Origin: Rhodosorus marinus CCMP1338
Lineage: Eukaryota; Plantae; Rhodophyta
Length of the DNA stretch: 64,000 nucleotides
Assembly (NCBI GenBank): GCA_029953675.1
Contig: JAMWBK010000003.1
Coordinates: 310,001 to 374,000, forward strand
Direction: 5' to 3'
The notes under the pieces are model-generated. The model did not search any database, was not told the origin of the DNA, and saw only the letters and a list, made by a program, of their open reading frames with translations. The position numbers and the translations under genes were made by a program. Shown piece after piece: positions 50,306-64,000 of this stretch; the first letter of the stretch is position 1; each line of letters opens with the position of its first letter.

Positions 50306-53300
50306 CTAGCCTGTAAAAATTATGTCCTTCCTCCTGATGATCCCAATCAGGCGCCCTTCGGAGAGCACGAGCGCGTGCGTTGGCATTAACATAACAAACA
50401 TGAAGTGCAATTGTCCCAATAGCATTGTATCGGTAACAGTGAGCGGCGCAAGGTCGACAGGTATTCTGAATTTTTGCTGCAATAGTGACACATCCCTTGA
50501 CGAGGCGCCTCCTTTGCGTTCTCTCTTCAGCGGTGGCTTTTTGTACCTGTCCTCTTCTTCTGCCGTACTCGATGGCTCCGGCTTGTTCCCGCTTTCACCT
50601 CCGGCTTCGTCCGAAGTTCCCGACGAGGAACCTCTGGCACCATTCTCCACAATGCCCTCCTCGAGTACTAGATCATCAGATGAAGGCAGCCGTGGAACGA
50701 GAGGAATTGGAACAGGAGAGGTCACATCTATAGTCCCGACCTCGTCTAATTCCACGCTGACTGAGTTCGGGTTGACGCGTGCCTCCATCTCAACCTGGAA
50801 TAAACGGCAATTCGATAGCCCTCGATAAGCTTAAGACGACCATTAGGAGACGAGCTCTAGTCGCGGTTTTGATTGTCCGCTCATCTCCAAACAAACGAGA
50901 AACTAGAGCTTGTCTCACCGATGAAGAAGATCCCTTCTTTGCGTATACGAGCTTTGCCCGTTCAATCATGTAAACGAGCGTCGACCTCCTAACTGAGCCA
51001 ATGAGGCCCCCATCGGGTCCAACAACCGGATAAGCGTCCAGGTCCATGCCTTTATCTCGAACAAGTTCTTCCGCTTCCTTAACAGTGCAAAGCCGAGGAG
51101 CAGAGACAACCTCACGATCCATCACCTGTCGAGCTGTCATCGTCGGTGCCAAATCTCTCCTCATGTGTGGCATATAGGCCAACTTCTACTCGCGACATCG
51201 AGAGAATAACGTATAAGAACCGTTTTCAGTTCCTCTCCAAAAAAAAAGGCTCTTCTTCCGGCAAACTACCTTCATGATGATCAAAGTATCGTACAGTCCA
51301 CGTCCAAATCCATTGCCTACAATAACCGCAAGGAGTACAGCGAGGAGCGACGGGATGACGTGGCTCAGCTGTCCAGTCACCTCAAAGAGTACGACCGCAC
51401 AAGAGAGGGCTCTGGTCACTCCAGCAGTAAACGCTGCTGCTCCAACAACAGCAAATCCACCCGGGACAATGGCCGACCCAAATATAACTTTCAAGACTTC
51501 TCCGTATAGCCTACCGATTGCCGAACCCAGAAGGAAACCTATAGCAGGATCAGGTAGACATGACGAAGACTTGAGGCCATGGTTCATAAGCTTCGTATGG
51601 ATTCAACTGCATCAGGGTGAATACGTACATGGAATAAAGACTCCAGCGGGCACTGGAAGACCAATAGACACCACGACGAGCGGAAACTTGATCAGGAGCA
51701 GAATAAAGACGTCAAACCAGGACAGCTTCAAGTGGTCAGAGGAGAACATCTCGTTAATAGCCTCACGGGGATCCAGTCTAAAGAGCCGGGTGTGATAGGA
51801 CAGGGCCGCCGAGACTAGAGCGACGCTTCCGACTATTAGATAGCGGTTTCCACGCATTCCTATTATTCGACCTCGTAGGTCATACACGGTCTTCACGCAT
51901 TTCACAAAGAAAGCCCCGGCAACACCTGTGGTAACGAGGAATGAGATAAATGATTCCAAATCAGTTTGCGAGGTTGCAACGGTCTGTCCTCGAAGATGCG
52001 TGCCTCACCCATAATGACCCCCAGGAACGCAAAGAACAGCAGCTGTCGGCGTCGATAGTCATTCTCATCGAACTGCGTGTTGTCAAGTGCCTCCACAAGC
52101 GGCGATTTGTAGAATATATCGTAGAAGACAGCACCAGTAAGGGTTGCGAGTATGGATTTCCAAAAGGTTGGTACAAGATAATATGACGACGTCGTCTCCA
52201 AAGCGTACAAAACTCCACCGATTGGAGTGCCTAAGGAATCCAAAATGCTCCCGCTCAGTCGCTATGCGCGGACCCACAGACAAGGTCATGATACGAAACC
52301 AGGCAAGCCAACGTACCAAACGAAGACGCCAATCCAACGCTACACGCACTGACCATGAACTGTAGTCTCAAAGCGCGATCCCTCCGAAGCACTCGAAACA
52401 TAGGAAGCCTCGACAAGTGATGAGCAATAATACATGCAATATGTACATTCGGTCCCTCCCATCCTACTGGAAGTCCACCTCCTAGAGAATGCGATTCAAA
52501 GGTTGGTTAGCGCTCGTCTTCGGGGACTGCATATCTCAACCTCTCTTCGCCGTGAGACTATACCTATAGCACAAATTAGACCCACGGATTTGGCCAACAA
52601 GGCCCACATGCTTAGGGAAGGTTTGTACTTGTCATAAAAGCCGGACATGATGGCCTTCATTTGGGGAATTCCGGATCCCTCCGCTTCCACGCTCAGTACA
52701 CGGCAAACGAGCGTCGACAGGATGCAGAGCACGACACCGGTGAGAATATATATAAAGAACCCGAGCCAACCCCCCGTTTCGGTTACTGAGATTGATTCTC
52801 TTGCTGAGGAGACCATGTGAACGCTCAAGTCGATCAGAAAGATTATCGCGGCCGGTATGACTCCAAGTAGAGAGAGGTAGACTATCACCCGCCCGAGGTT
52901 CACCATCTATGGACGCGGATTGGAGACAATTGGATATGTTTAGCACCAAGGATTCTACGAAGCAGGCAAAGAAATTGGAGATTTTGGGGGAGAACTGAAA
53001 CTGACCTGAATTGTAACTTGCCCTTCGGCAAACGCCCTGAATCCAGATCGAAGTCTATCCCGTACGCTGCTCGTTTCGGACTGACGGCGAAAACCCTGAA
53101 GTCCTTGAGGCTCTTCATGCTCCTCAAAAAACGAGAATTGAACCTCCGATACATTCGCTCTGTTCCCATCCTCATCATCAACGCTCGTATCCTAGCAAAA
53201 AAGTGAAAAACCCCAAACCCCGACGGAGTCAAATACATGAACGAGGAAAGACGATCATCCCACTTACGCCTTTCTTACCAAAAATTGACTCGATCGTTTC

Positions 53301-53326
53301 AGGGGTTTATACCCGTCCTTAGCCAT
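50306..53326 (-). CDS. CLC chloride/proton transporter with two CBS domains (CmClC-like), multi-exon
   Basis: ATG 53326 (MAKDGYKPL..., inferred via an in-frame GT-AG intron). EGSGIPQMK, spliced GGGLPVGWEGPNVHIA, GGVLYALETTS, LPVPAGVFIP, VVGAAAFTAGVTR, GLYD, and CBS repeats. Confidence 0.95.
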
Positions 53327-54876
53327 CTTGTCCAACCAACGCTCAAAAACAAACGGACAAAACCCACCTCAACAACACATCCCCTCAAATTCCTTTAAAC
53401 TGCTCTGCTCCAGTCCCGTCCAATGTCCAGACATCAAATCTTCCTAATCATCTTTGAGGAGGTTAACATGTTAAACCTTAAAACATGCCTCACAATCTTC
53501 AAGAGGAATCCGAACAAGCAAGACAGCCTGTTTCTTTCATACTCGTTCCGAACTGATGTGCTGTTCCTCTTCTTTAAACGGAAATCATTGGAGTCAGCTG
53601 ACATCGTCGAAAACGGAACTGTCAGACAGCAGTCGGGTTTTCCAGAGATGGATTCGACTTGATTGAGCGTTGTCTATAGAGTAGAACGCAGACCTCTAGG
53701 TGCGTTTTAAAGCGTTCTATACTCGAGTTGAACGCCAGTGGACGCCACCACCAGGATCGAGTGAAGATCGGGCAAAACCCTTGACCCGATGCCAATGTGA
53801 AACGGGCAGTAGCAGCGCATCCAGCAAGGATTTGCATTGTTCACGAGATACAGCTCCTCTTAACTACGCTTCTTGCGCTTGTATGTTGTCTATTCGTCGT
53901 CGAAGCCTGTGGACCACCTCGATCAAGAGAAGATATGTAACAACTTGGACCGGAGCAAGGCTGACTTGGTTGAAGTGAATCCGCTTGGACAGCAGTGATT
54001 CGAGAGATCGGATAAGTTTTGCGTCTGTTTTCGCTAGAGGTTTCTAGTCTTCCTCTTAAGTCTGTGAACCAGTTCAATCGAGCGAAGACCTCGAAAAGCC
54101 CTAACCAAGGACCACCGAAATCCCCGGTGGGACAACTAGAGTTTGAGCGGTTCAGGGCGTGGAAGACAAAAGCCTGTGTTGACTTGAAGCTTGTCTTCTT
54201 GGAAATGATTCATCGATTGGTCTATTCGTCATATGCAACACCAGGCCACCTGGATCGCGAGGTCCTAAACGCTTGAATAGCAACTGAGTTGACCATTTGG
54301 ATCGTGAAAGGCAGTTGGTTTCGTGATTCCAGGGAACACCGCCTTAGCGTGTTCAATAAAAGCACGTACGCCAAGCGGCGTTTCATGGACTGGCATGGTC
54401 TTCTTCGAATGTCCCTCGATAGCTCGAAAACCCGCTCCCTACTAACTAATCAGAGGCATATGCATGCTCTTCGTCGACGGTCCCTCGCTAGCTAGCTCGA
54501 AAACCCGTTCCCTACTAACTAATGGGTTGGTTCAGAGTCAGAGGAGCTGATTCCTGAAAGTCTGTAACGCACCTTGAGGAATGGAAGCTCTCAGGTGTCC
54601 ATTAATGCACCGTATCCATATCCTCCGGAAATCCTGAGGTTGTTCCTAGGGCTGCCCAAAACCTGTATAATTTTTTAGACAAGTCCTGTCTGGAGAATGC
54701 GCGCTCAGCACGCTTCATCGACCTAATAAGTTGTTAAGAGTTTGGAAACATCTCTGCGAGCAGGGTTTGAACCTCCGAGACAACTGCCAAAATGATGCTC
54801 ACGTAGCGAGAACGCTTACAGCTTTTCAGAGAGTCGGCGGTATAGTAGACATTAAATATCGGACTCCGGAATCATT

Positions 54877-55302
54877 CTATGCCGCGACTTTGGCTGCTTC
54901 GAAGACCTGGGTAGAACTATCCATGAAGCCTTCATCGTAGATTACTCTGATTATTAGAGAACAGCTCGGGCACCTGGCTACTTCTTCCCCTTCTAGCAAA
55001 TCCTCCTGGAAAAAAAAATACCAGACAGAGTTGGTAAGATCATCAAACCCAAGGTCTCTCGTAGAGCAAGGACAGCACCAAGTCTTACGAAAGAAATTTG
55101 GAACACGTCTCCACACGGGCAAGGATAAGTGTACATTCCCTCATCATCCAGCCTCTCCATGTCCTCAATCTCTATTTCGTCATAAAACGACTACAACGCA
55201 ATCAAACACAAAACGTCAGACCAAACCGAATAGAACAACATCACCAGCAACCTGCAAAACAAAGCGCACGGTCGATACAGAAGAATAAACGGTACTCACC
55301 AT
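54877..55302 (-). CDS. DPH3: DPH3/KTI11 CSL zinc-finger protein, 3 exons (first exon is only ATG)
   Basis: ATG 55302-55300|GTGAGT intron; [11 protein letters not shown]...[14 protein letters not shown]|[24 protein letters not shown]. Confidence 0.95.
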
Positions 55303-56773
55303 CGTTGTGCTTGTTCACAGCCTAGCTCTTCACCCCAAAACAGTCCAAATGTCCTCCCTAACACTACATAAGTTGAGTTTCTCAAACTTCCACGCAGAGC
55401 TCTGCCTTCCGAGTCGCCAAATCTCTTCTGACACCGGCGGTAAAGTATCCGTTCCGCCCGGCCGGAATTTTATCCAGTCGTTTCCACATGAGTTGGAGAA
55501 AACTATTTAAACGTCATTTTCTCACGTATAATATTTATTGATTTATTCAGTATTTATATTGCTATATTCTTATAAATGACGCGTATTGGCAGATGACAAT
55601 TAAAGATTGCGAATGGCGTTGGGAGACTGGGCCATCTTGTGACGGGGCTGTGCAAACAGTTTGGGGTTGGTTTGGTCAGTTGTTAAGCTTTCAGAGCACA
55701 CCGTAATCTTAAGTTGCGAGCTTTGGGTTCTATCGCCCTCTCTATAGGATGCTTGAAGCTAACCTAGAAATGGTATTAGAAGGTGCTGTATGGACTAGTA
55801 TTCGGAGAAGCTCTTGTGTCTTGCTTATACGCGTTGCTTGAGTTTGCACTGGTGCTTTGAGAGCATCACGTGGCTCTTACGAGTCCCAAGACCCAAGGGA
55901 ACCAACGCAGAGGTCTTTAGGGTGCTCCAGTTCTCGTTTGGTTTGAAAACCAGATTATTGCCAAGCACCGCTTAGCTTCCCTAGATGTGGTTGTTTTCTC
56001 GGTAAATGCTTGTGTACTCTCCCGTAAGGAACCAGTACCCTTGCTCTCTATATAGGAGTGCTTCCAATGCATCCCTGTAGGTAAACGATCTTCTTCATTG
56101 AGCTGACCGGATCCAATGACTTTCCTTGTTTTGTATGAGCTCTTTCAGTAGTTGTGTCGATGTATAACCTATTGTATAAATATCTAGAGAAGAGATTTAG
56201 TCCCGAGAATAGTCACCTTGAGAATATTTTAAATATGGTATTTAACAAACACTTTTGGACTAATTTAATCTTCTCCGTGTTAGCTCTTGCTTAAGGTCTT
56301 CGAGCACCTCTCGCGCTCTAGCTCGTAGGGTGTGTATACCACTGTTGCGAAATATATGAATCTCGTTGGGATAAGCCGGATTCGTGTCCTGGCCAAGCAT
56401 GTCCCTTGACAATTTAATGACGACGAGAAAATCACAAATCTCTACAGGCTGAGTTTTCGAAAATGGACAGCATCAAACTTGAGATCTTAGGAACATATTA
56501 CGTCAAGCAGACGTCATAGATAACAACAGAACGAACCAAATGCACAGGAAAAAATAAAAAAAAAGCGACCATAACCAAAATAAGTTGTGGGCATTACCAC
56601 ACTGAACAATACTTCTAGTGGGTTTCTATAGTCACAAATAAAGGGGGAGAAACAATAAGAATCAAAACTATGGACACATCATATTCTCACACCGGAATAG
56701 GGTGAAGGGCAAAAAGCAATTTGTCTACAAAAAAAAGAAGATCCGAGTTCCGCGGGGAGCCCGTGCTCCGCCG

Positions 56774-57338
56774 TCATCGACCTCTGGAATTGTTTCGTGC
56801 CGGATTATACATGTCATCAACCAGAGATTGCACCTATTGAATGCGAGGAAACGAGAATTTAGACCTTGCGACCAGCGGTGTGGACCGGCTTGCTCAAGTT
56901 CCATACCTTCCAGAGGAGTTCTTTGTTTTCTGCTTCCAGCTCAGTAGCCTTCTGCTGTAGTTTCGATATTTCAGTCTGAAGGCTGTCCAGTTTCTCCTTC
57001 TTTTTCTGACGAGCATTCATCGCCAATTCTCGAGACCGTAGCACTCTGTGAGACAGCGCTTCTTCGGTCTTTGCATCATCTTTCTGGCTTGCACTTCGGG
57101 ACCTCGACTATAAAGTTTATTGTAGGGAGCGAGATCAGAACTACAAACTCGAAACCGACTGCAAAGCTCCCAGGAGCACTCAACCTACCGGTTTCTGAAT
57201 TCCCTGCGGCTTCTTCTGCTGGCGCTTCTTTTCCGCAAGTACTTGTCTCCTGAGCTTTCTCTTATCTGGAGCAGAAAGCTCTTGACCAATTTCCCTCGAG
57301 CGTCCTTCAGAAGTACCTTCGCTCATTACTCCGATCAT
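56774..57338 (-). CDS. bZIP transcription factor, 3 exons
   Basis: Spliced ...QKP|SRSRS...HRVLRSRELAMNARQKKKEKLDSLQTEISKLQQKATELEAENKELLWK|VQSL...; heptad leucines present; stop at 56774-56776. Start 57338 or 57326. Confidence 0.78.
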
Positions 57339-60300
57339 ATTCACCACCTCTCACCCATGCGCACCGGTCCCCCGGGCCACTACCACCATACTGTGTACAC
57401 CCTGCACCCACTGCACCCACCACCAATCAATGACAATGTACCAGATCCAAGCTTTTCCACGTTCATCCTCTCCCTCCCCAAAACGTAAAAACACATCCTC
57501 TCTAAGACCAAAAACCCTTTACGCCATTGGGGCCTACAAACTTATGCCCCGATTCCATCAACCGCATCCTCTAACCCTCCATACGTATTATATACCATCA
57601 TCTCTTAGTATCCCAAACCCTTCCCCCCCCCCGCGCTAATTTTTACTCAAGACTAACATCATCAACCTTTCAGACCCAAACAACTTTTTTAAAAACTTTA
57701 TCAAAAACGAGATCCCCCTCCAAAAAAATTTGCAAAAATACTATCAACACTTTCCACACAATTACACCAAACACCTAAAAACCCTACTAAACGATAGAAA
57801 AGGCACTTTCCGGGAGGAGAGGGGCGGGGGAGGGAGAAGGAAGGGGGTAAATGCAATATTGTCATCTAATGGACCCAAAGAAATAGGGCAGAGAGGGCAG
57901 AGAGGTGGGGGGATGTGATCAAATAAAGCGAAACGAGAAGAAAAGAGGGCAGAGAGACGAGAGAGGGGGAGAAGGGGGGGGGGGAGGGGGAAGAGTGGGT
58001 GAAATATGACTTTTGTATTTTACTAATAAAAATTATGTCAACGAGAAAGAAAAGTATACATATCCAAAAAACTGCAAAACATGCTTTCAATGTAAGTAGT
58101 ATCGAAGAAAATAATCAATTGTGGGTTCAAAAACTATTGCAAATCATAGGAATCATTCTATTGTGAATCATCCGTTCGGTTGGGGAAAATTGACGCGGGG
58201 GTAAGGAGGGGGAAATTTTTTTGTTCCAGTGAAGGAATTTGTATTTTTGGATAAAATACGAGACGGATAATCCGACTTGATTTTATGAAGAAAATGAGGT
58301 ATGTGGAAAATTAGAAGAAAAACTTAAATGCTCAACCAGATAAATGTAAGAAGTTCTCAATCACTATTGTGACTTCACGGATTGTTTGCTGTCTTAATTA
58401 ATAAGCTTCCAGGCATCGAGGGCACTAAAAATAGATCTAGCATGAAACTGGGTTCATTTTCCCTCGTAATACGTTTGAAAGAGTGTCGATGAGAGCCGGA
58501 CACAGCCTCGCTCCCTTTCCCCTTCCCCCCTCCCCCCTCCAACTCCGTTCTAGACGGGCGTAGCTCTTCCTCGTCGGCAGACAATGCAACTGTGGGAAAA
58601 CCGTCTCGGTTGGAAAATCTACTTTTTCAAATTAATTCGACCAATCTCTAGTGAAATGCTCTAGACTATAGGGGAGGGTAACATGTCCACGTTGCACATG
58701 GAGAACCGAGTCGGACTACGAGTCTCCAAGGGGTAGTTTGTTTGATGGAAGTTCCTAAAAAGGGTGGCAAGAAGGCGTCAGAGTCTTCCAAAAAACAACA
58801 CGTGCCTAGCGTCCTCCTCTTTTATTGTTTAAAAACAGTTTTTGATATCAAACCCCGAAAAACATGTTTTGATTGGTAAACAACTAATTATGAATCACGA
58901 TTATATTTATACTTAGGGTTAGACGTGGACCTATTCGACGCTCGAAAAACGAGAGAAACAGATGTCCACAGCCCACAGATCCCTACTACGCTTCATTAAC
59001 ACACACCAAGGAAAAAAATATCTCCATCGGTTTTTCTGTTAAATATTCTACAGTTTCTCCTGAATGTATCTTTTTGCCCATTTTGCTTCTTCTTTTTTTG
59101 AAGATCTGTTGTTATTTTTTCTGAATATGAATAGAAACGCAGGCCCCTCCCCCCCCCCCGACTCTTCCCCGAATACCAAAAAGGGTCTAATTTCGCATCT
59201 TTAACAAGAAAACTGGAGTTTCGGGTACATTGGGGTCGGTGTGGGGAAGGGCAAAGGAGGGCTAAATTTTTTTTTCCCCAATTCCACTTACCAGAAGATC
59301 CGCCATAATGCAAGTTTGCAGACCAATTGGGGGACTTTTAAAAGAATAGGAAAATACGAAACGCCTGCGAGTGCAGTATGGCTCCCCCTTTTTTTCAAAA
59401 TAATCCATCCCGGCGATGGCGAAGTGTATAAATACCACGCCAACTTACACATTGGGAGATGCTAAAAATAAGTACAAAATTAAAGGGGATTACACTTGGT
59501 TTGGGGAGTGTTCTAAATTTAGACTATTGCTACAATAAAACAATTCCGTTCCGGGAAGATTTGAGGGTATTAGAGCATGTATAGATTAGATTATGGAAGT
59601 GCTCGGGCTTCCCTCGCCTTACACTTCTGTTGTGCTTACGTTCCGGGACTCGCGATTAGGGAGTTGAGGTTGCTTGTGTACTCTGTCTATCCAATGAGTT
59701 GTTCTACACCGCTGGACTTGATCGAGTTTTGAGGATGGCGTGAGGCCTCGGATTACTCTGACAAATGCACTTGTCTTGGTTGGGTCCTGCAATTGAGAGT
59801 TGCAAGGTCTCTGTCGATGGTGAATGGGTGGCCACCGAAGATGGTTGATTGTATCGCGCTGGCTAAGGAAAGGATATGTTGCCCTTCGAGCCAGAGAGTG
59901 CCATTTGGCTTGGAACGCTTTTCCTAGAGCAGGCTGGCTGTTTGGCTTAGCCTCCCAACTCTCATCAATCTAGCGATAGGAGTGATTGGCGTGCGTGCTC
60001 AGCGCCAGAGTAGCTCTGCGCGTGCCGCGATTAGCGACCACCATTTTATCCCTCATTGCTTGTTCAGAGACAACAACCCTGAGAGGAACAAGGCTAGGCT
60101 AAGAGAAGGAGCCTCCTAAGACTTAGGCCGCAGTAGAACGCCAATACCTACAGCATAAATCTCAACGATAGAGAGGAAACGCGAGGGTGCCTCATCACGA
60201 TCGCGAAACGAAAACAGGCCCTTTCACTGCCTTTGCTTTGGAGAACCCCCCTGATACGTTGCTGTTTCGAAAGTGAGACGATTGGAGCGATTTCCGATAT

Positions 60301-62402
60301 AGTTCAAATTCCCCAACCCAGTTCGCTCACGCTGAACTGAATACATAGATTTGTGTTGATTCTTGCCTGCGTAGCCACCTCAAGACCGATTGGAAACGGG
60401 CCCAACTACCTTATCGCCCTCAATCGTTTTTGAAACATAAGGAAAACAGGAAATTTCCGAGTTTTCGTCAATTCGGACAATGCTCCAAGCTTCTACGACG
60501 TGGCGTGGCCGACGCCTCTCGAGGCCAAGTCTGCCAACAGGAACGGAAGGCGACTTTCTCACCTGCATCTTGCAACCAACTGGTGCGGATTGGGTTTCAA
60601 GAAAACAGCTTTTTCCGAAAAAGAAAATATTCGAATTTTGTCAACCGGAGAGCTCCTTGAGGAGTGTAGTCATTTGGACGAGAATGGGAACCTCCTCCAG
60701 AAGATGGCGTCTATATAGGAAAGCACTAGATTTTGAGACTCTGTCGCTATTCAGGGATCGCTTCCTCTGTATCCGTTCTGCGCTCCACTTGGCAGCAGCA
60801 GAGGGTTGTTCTCCAGACGGTTTGGTCCGAGCCAAAAAGCTGGCGTGTCCTGTTTCCAGACAAAATCTTCTAATAATCGGAGGATCAACGAGGTTGTGAT
60901 ACCGGAACGGAAAGAAGCGTCTTTGACAATGGCATTGAGGATAGGGACAATGGTAGTAGAGAAATATAGATTCTGAGATGGACCACGTTTTGATATTGAG
61001 CAGTCTGGGTGGGTAGGATGTTGACTTCATCTCAAGTATCTACCTGTCGCTGGTTGGCTTAGACTGTTGACATTATCACGCTACCCACCCAGCTTACACA
61101 GGAGAAAACAAAGCTTGCGAGGACAGTCCAAAGTTCGGTGGAGCTGTAAAGTAGTGAACCTCTTCAAAAAATGCACCTCCACGGAGACTCGTCCTCATCC
61201 AACGTTGAAACGGGAGGAGCCCGCGATCGGGCTTGAGGGTGAGTCTAATGGTTCACCTGGTTCACTTTTGCCTTCTGCTAAACGTGTTTCCCCCGCGCAA
61301 GAAGCTTGTTCGGCAGTGTATTGGCTATGAAGACTGTGGCGATGATTAGTTACACGGCGATTTCCGCAATAGCCAGAGTGAAATCCAGCCCCTTTTTTCC
61401 ACATCGCAGGTTGTGATAGCGTAGTTCACCTTTTGCCGCTCCAGCACTCACAGAGACAAAGAGCTACGCAGGTTCATGGTCCTAGCCCGTCAGCTTGTTG
61501 AAGAGGTGTCAGCCCCAGGTGGGTGGCTCTAAGAGAAATCCATCCTTAACGTCCAGTTCAGTGCACCAGCCATGGCATGATGCATTCGTTTGGAGTCGGG
61601 TCTCATGGGTCTGGTCAACTTCCTCCGCAAGGCTTTCAAGAAATGGTCGGCAATTCTTCCATACCTCCCCGAAAGGCGACTCCGATGACGCATTCGTGTT
61701 CTAAAGCGGCGTCGCAGCTCTTGTCAACCCTGAAATTCGCAGTGGACGGCATGACCAATGATGCGTGCGAATGTGTAATTCGATGAGTGCACCGCTTTGT
61801 TGGACATCGTTTATCCAATAATTTATCGTAATATACCATAATTTAACCATATACGATTTCTCGATGTCCCAACCTATCCAGGACAAAATTCCTTGTCCGA
61901 CAAATGGGACAGCAGCACAAGCTCCCGCTAAAGTGAGTGCTCAATGATTCCAGACACCTCGTATGACCAATATGCAGGTCAGATATCCTAAAAGTATTAG
62001 AACACGGTTAAAGTACAACTCAGACTTTTCGGAAAGCAAGAACACATCAACCCTTCAGCTATGAGCAATGTGTCCGGCGTGCCTCTGCCTCGGGAGTGGA
62101 GCTTGGTGACGCTGCGGATTCTCGATTTATTCATTCACCGTCATCGAAACTGACAACATGTCTCCTCCGAACATTGTAAAAAGATTTAAAATACAACTCA
62201 GACTTTTCACAAAGCAAGTTCTCATCCGACACCAACGCCTGTCCCAATGTGGATGGGCTCCGCCCGTGGCCGAAGCTTAGGTGCGACAAAGGACCATACT
62301 GATTTTGTTCAGTTACCGCCGTCGGAAGGGACATTTTAGGCGAAGTTGTTGACATGAAGACTGGGCTTTCTCAATAGCTTGGTGGATTCTTTGATTGTTT
62401 CG

Positions 62403-64000
62403 ATGGGGGTTGACGACAATTTCATGGAGGAGTCTTCATGGGAAACGGGGTTGGCTCTCTGGCAGAGTCCGCCGGAAGCGATTGGATTTCAATGGGAGTT
62501 CGTAAGGGAAGTAGTTGAAGGCCGATTTTCTGAGGCTCTGAGGCGATTGAAGCACAAGGTCGTGGAAAGAATATTGGAAGGTTCAGTTTCTAGTTTTGAG
62601 GAAGATGGAGATGAGCTCGAGCACTGCTTCTTGGCGTCCGTTGTGCTGCTCCGCATGTTTCAGAGGGACAACATCTGTGGCCCCAGCTTGACGGAGGACG
62701 AGCTCGCTGGACTTGAAGCAAACACTAGATTCGAGCCGAAGGATGATGAGTTGGACGTTGACGGTGAAATTTTTGGGAGGTCAGTGCGACATACAAACCT
62801 GCTTTTGGCTATCCGCCGAGTTCTCGTGGAGAACGAGCGGAAGCTTTCTCAACGGTTTTGGAGCGCAACGCTTTGGAGCGCTAGAGCGGGAAGAACGCAC
62901 CAGGACGTGCTTACAGGCCCATCACCGACCCTGAAGTCTGAGGTCCAAGGCGCTTACACGTCCGCGCTGAAGTCCTCCGAGACTAGGAAGAATCCAATCC
63001 TCGGTGGGCTAGTGCACATTGAAATGGCTCTTGCGAGCAACAGTTTCCTCGACAGCAGCACGAACGAGAAGCACCTAAAATTCGCCATGGACACTCTCCA
63101 CACGAAGATTGAGCTCAGCGGGGCCCTTGGTGTAAGGACGAAGTGGCAGAAGGAAGCGAAGGCGAACCTGGTAGCTCAAGTTCTTCAAGAAGGAGAAGAG
63201 ATCGAACGGAATCTATCGATTCCAACTCAGTGCAAACGGCCGCGCAACATCCCCCTGGAGGACACAGATGTGCTGGGCTTTACAAAGCTCAGCACAGACC
63301 AAAAACCAGACAACGAGCGGACAACTCCGACCGTTATGGACCACTTCCTGCTCTCTGCCAAGGCAGAGTCTGTGGCTGCCAACCTTCCCTCAGGTCAACT
63401 CACCACAGAAGAAATTCGTCCGTATTTGAACAGAGTATTGGACGGCTGTGAGGAGTCCACTCCGCCCCTAGTCCTTGGGAAGGTACTCCTATTCAGAACC
63501 CGAGGAGAGCTTGGAAAAGGTAAGGATCTGCGGATCGGCGTTTGGATTCACAAGAGAGAGAGGTATATAGAGATCTTATTCCTTTACGCACTTACGTTGT
63601 AGGTCGCTATGCTGAGAGGAGCATGAAGCAGGTGGAGGAACTGGTTGATTACTACAAGCAGGGCAACCCTATCGATGATTGTGGCCGGCTGATTGGGTTG
63701 GAAGCGAGCGGGTACCCGGCGATGTGGAAGCTTCAAAAGGAGTTTGCAATTTTACTGGGCACCATTGGACTGGTGAAAGCGGCGTCTGAAATATTTGAGG
63801 GCCTTGGCCTATGGGATGAGGTTATCGATTGTCAGAGGCTCATGGGCAACGAGCAGAGAGCCAGAGTGCTTATCGAGAAGCGGCTGGATGAAGAAGGAGA
63901 GAGGCCGTGGTTGTTGGCTGCAATGGGAGAGGTTACGCGGGACGAAAAGTGGTACGTCAAGGCCTGGGAGGTGAGCAAAGGAAGGTACGCAAAGGCCATG
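62403..64000 (+). CDS. TTC27: TPR protein TTC27/Emw1, 5' part (runs off window)
   Basis: Long ORF with FQRDNICGP, LDVDGE, ELSGALGVRTKWQKE (TTC27-like motif). After a GT-AG intron at ~63521-63603, TPR-like LWDEVIDC...LIEKRL...WY.KAWEVS..RYAKAM. Confidence 0.85.

Noticed and set aside
59600-62300. Several overlapping 60-140-aa ORFs, including a CPYPQC word
   Set aside because: No complete C2H2 pattern or family motif; could not assemble a supported gene or TE.

Overview
Gene-dense eukaryotic nuclear DNA with many short GT-AG introns (mostly ~50-150 nt), most likely from a red alga. That call is an inference: the CLC protein carries the GWEGP/LET motifs recalled from Cyanidioschyzon CmClC, and two genes have primary-plastid-type transit peptides. 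About 21 protein genes can be reconstructed, several needing splicing that the ORF track misses: GDT1, NFS1, CMC2, RPS15, asparagine synthetase, trigger-factor-N-domain protein, ABC1 kinase, M14 carboxypeptidase, a GT-like protein, two atypical bZIPs, UBAC2-like, DNMT2, eIF1A, WDR6, DDX41, a Harbinger-type Myb/NAM protein, DDX52, CLC, DPH3 and TTC27. The two most notable non-coding signals are (1) a box C/D snoRNA in the unusually long second intron of eIF1A, with a 12-nt guide to 18S rRNA that predicts Gm1572 (yeast snR57 target), and (2) a ~840-bp near-perfect fold-back built from an internally deleted Ty1/copia RT-RNaseH relic. Several tandem repeats sit in intergenic/promoter DNA, two of them arraying G-box/ABRE-like motifs. 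No tRNA, rRNA or CRISPR was recognised. Exon boundaries were read by eye, and family assignments are from motif recall, not database searches.
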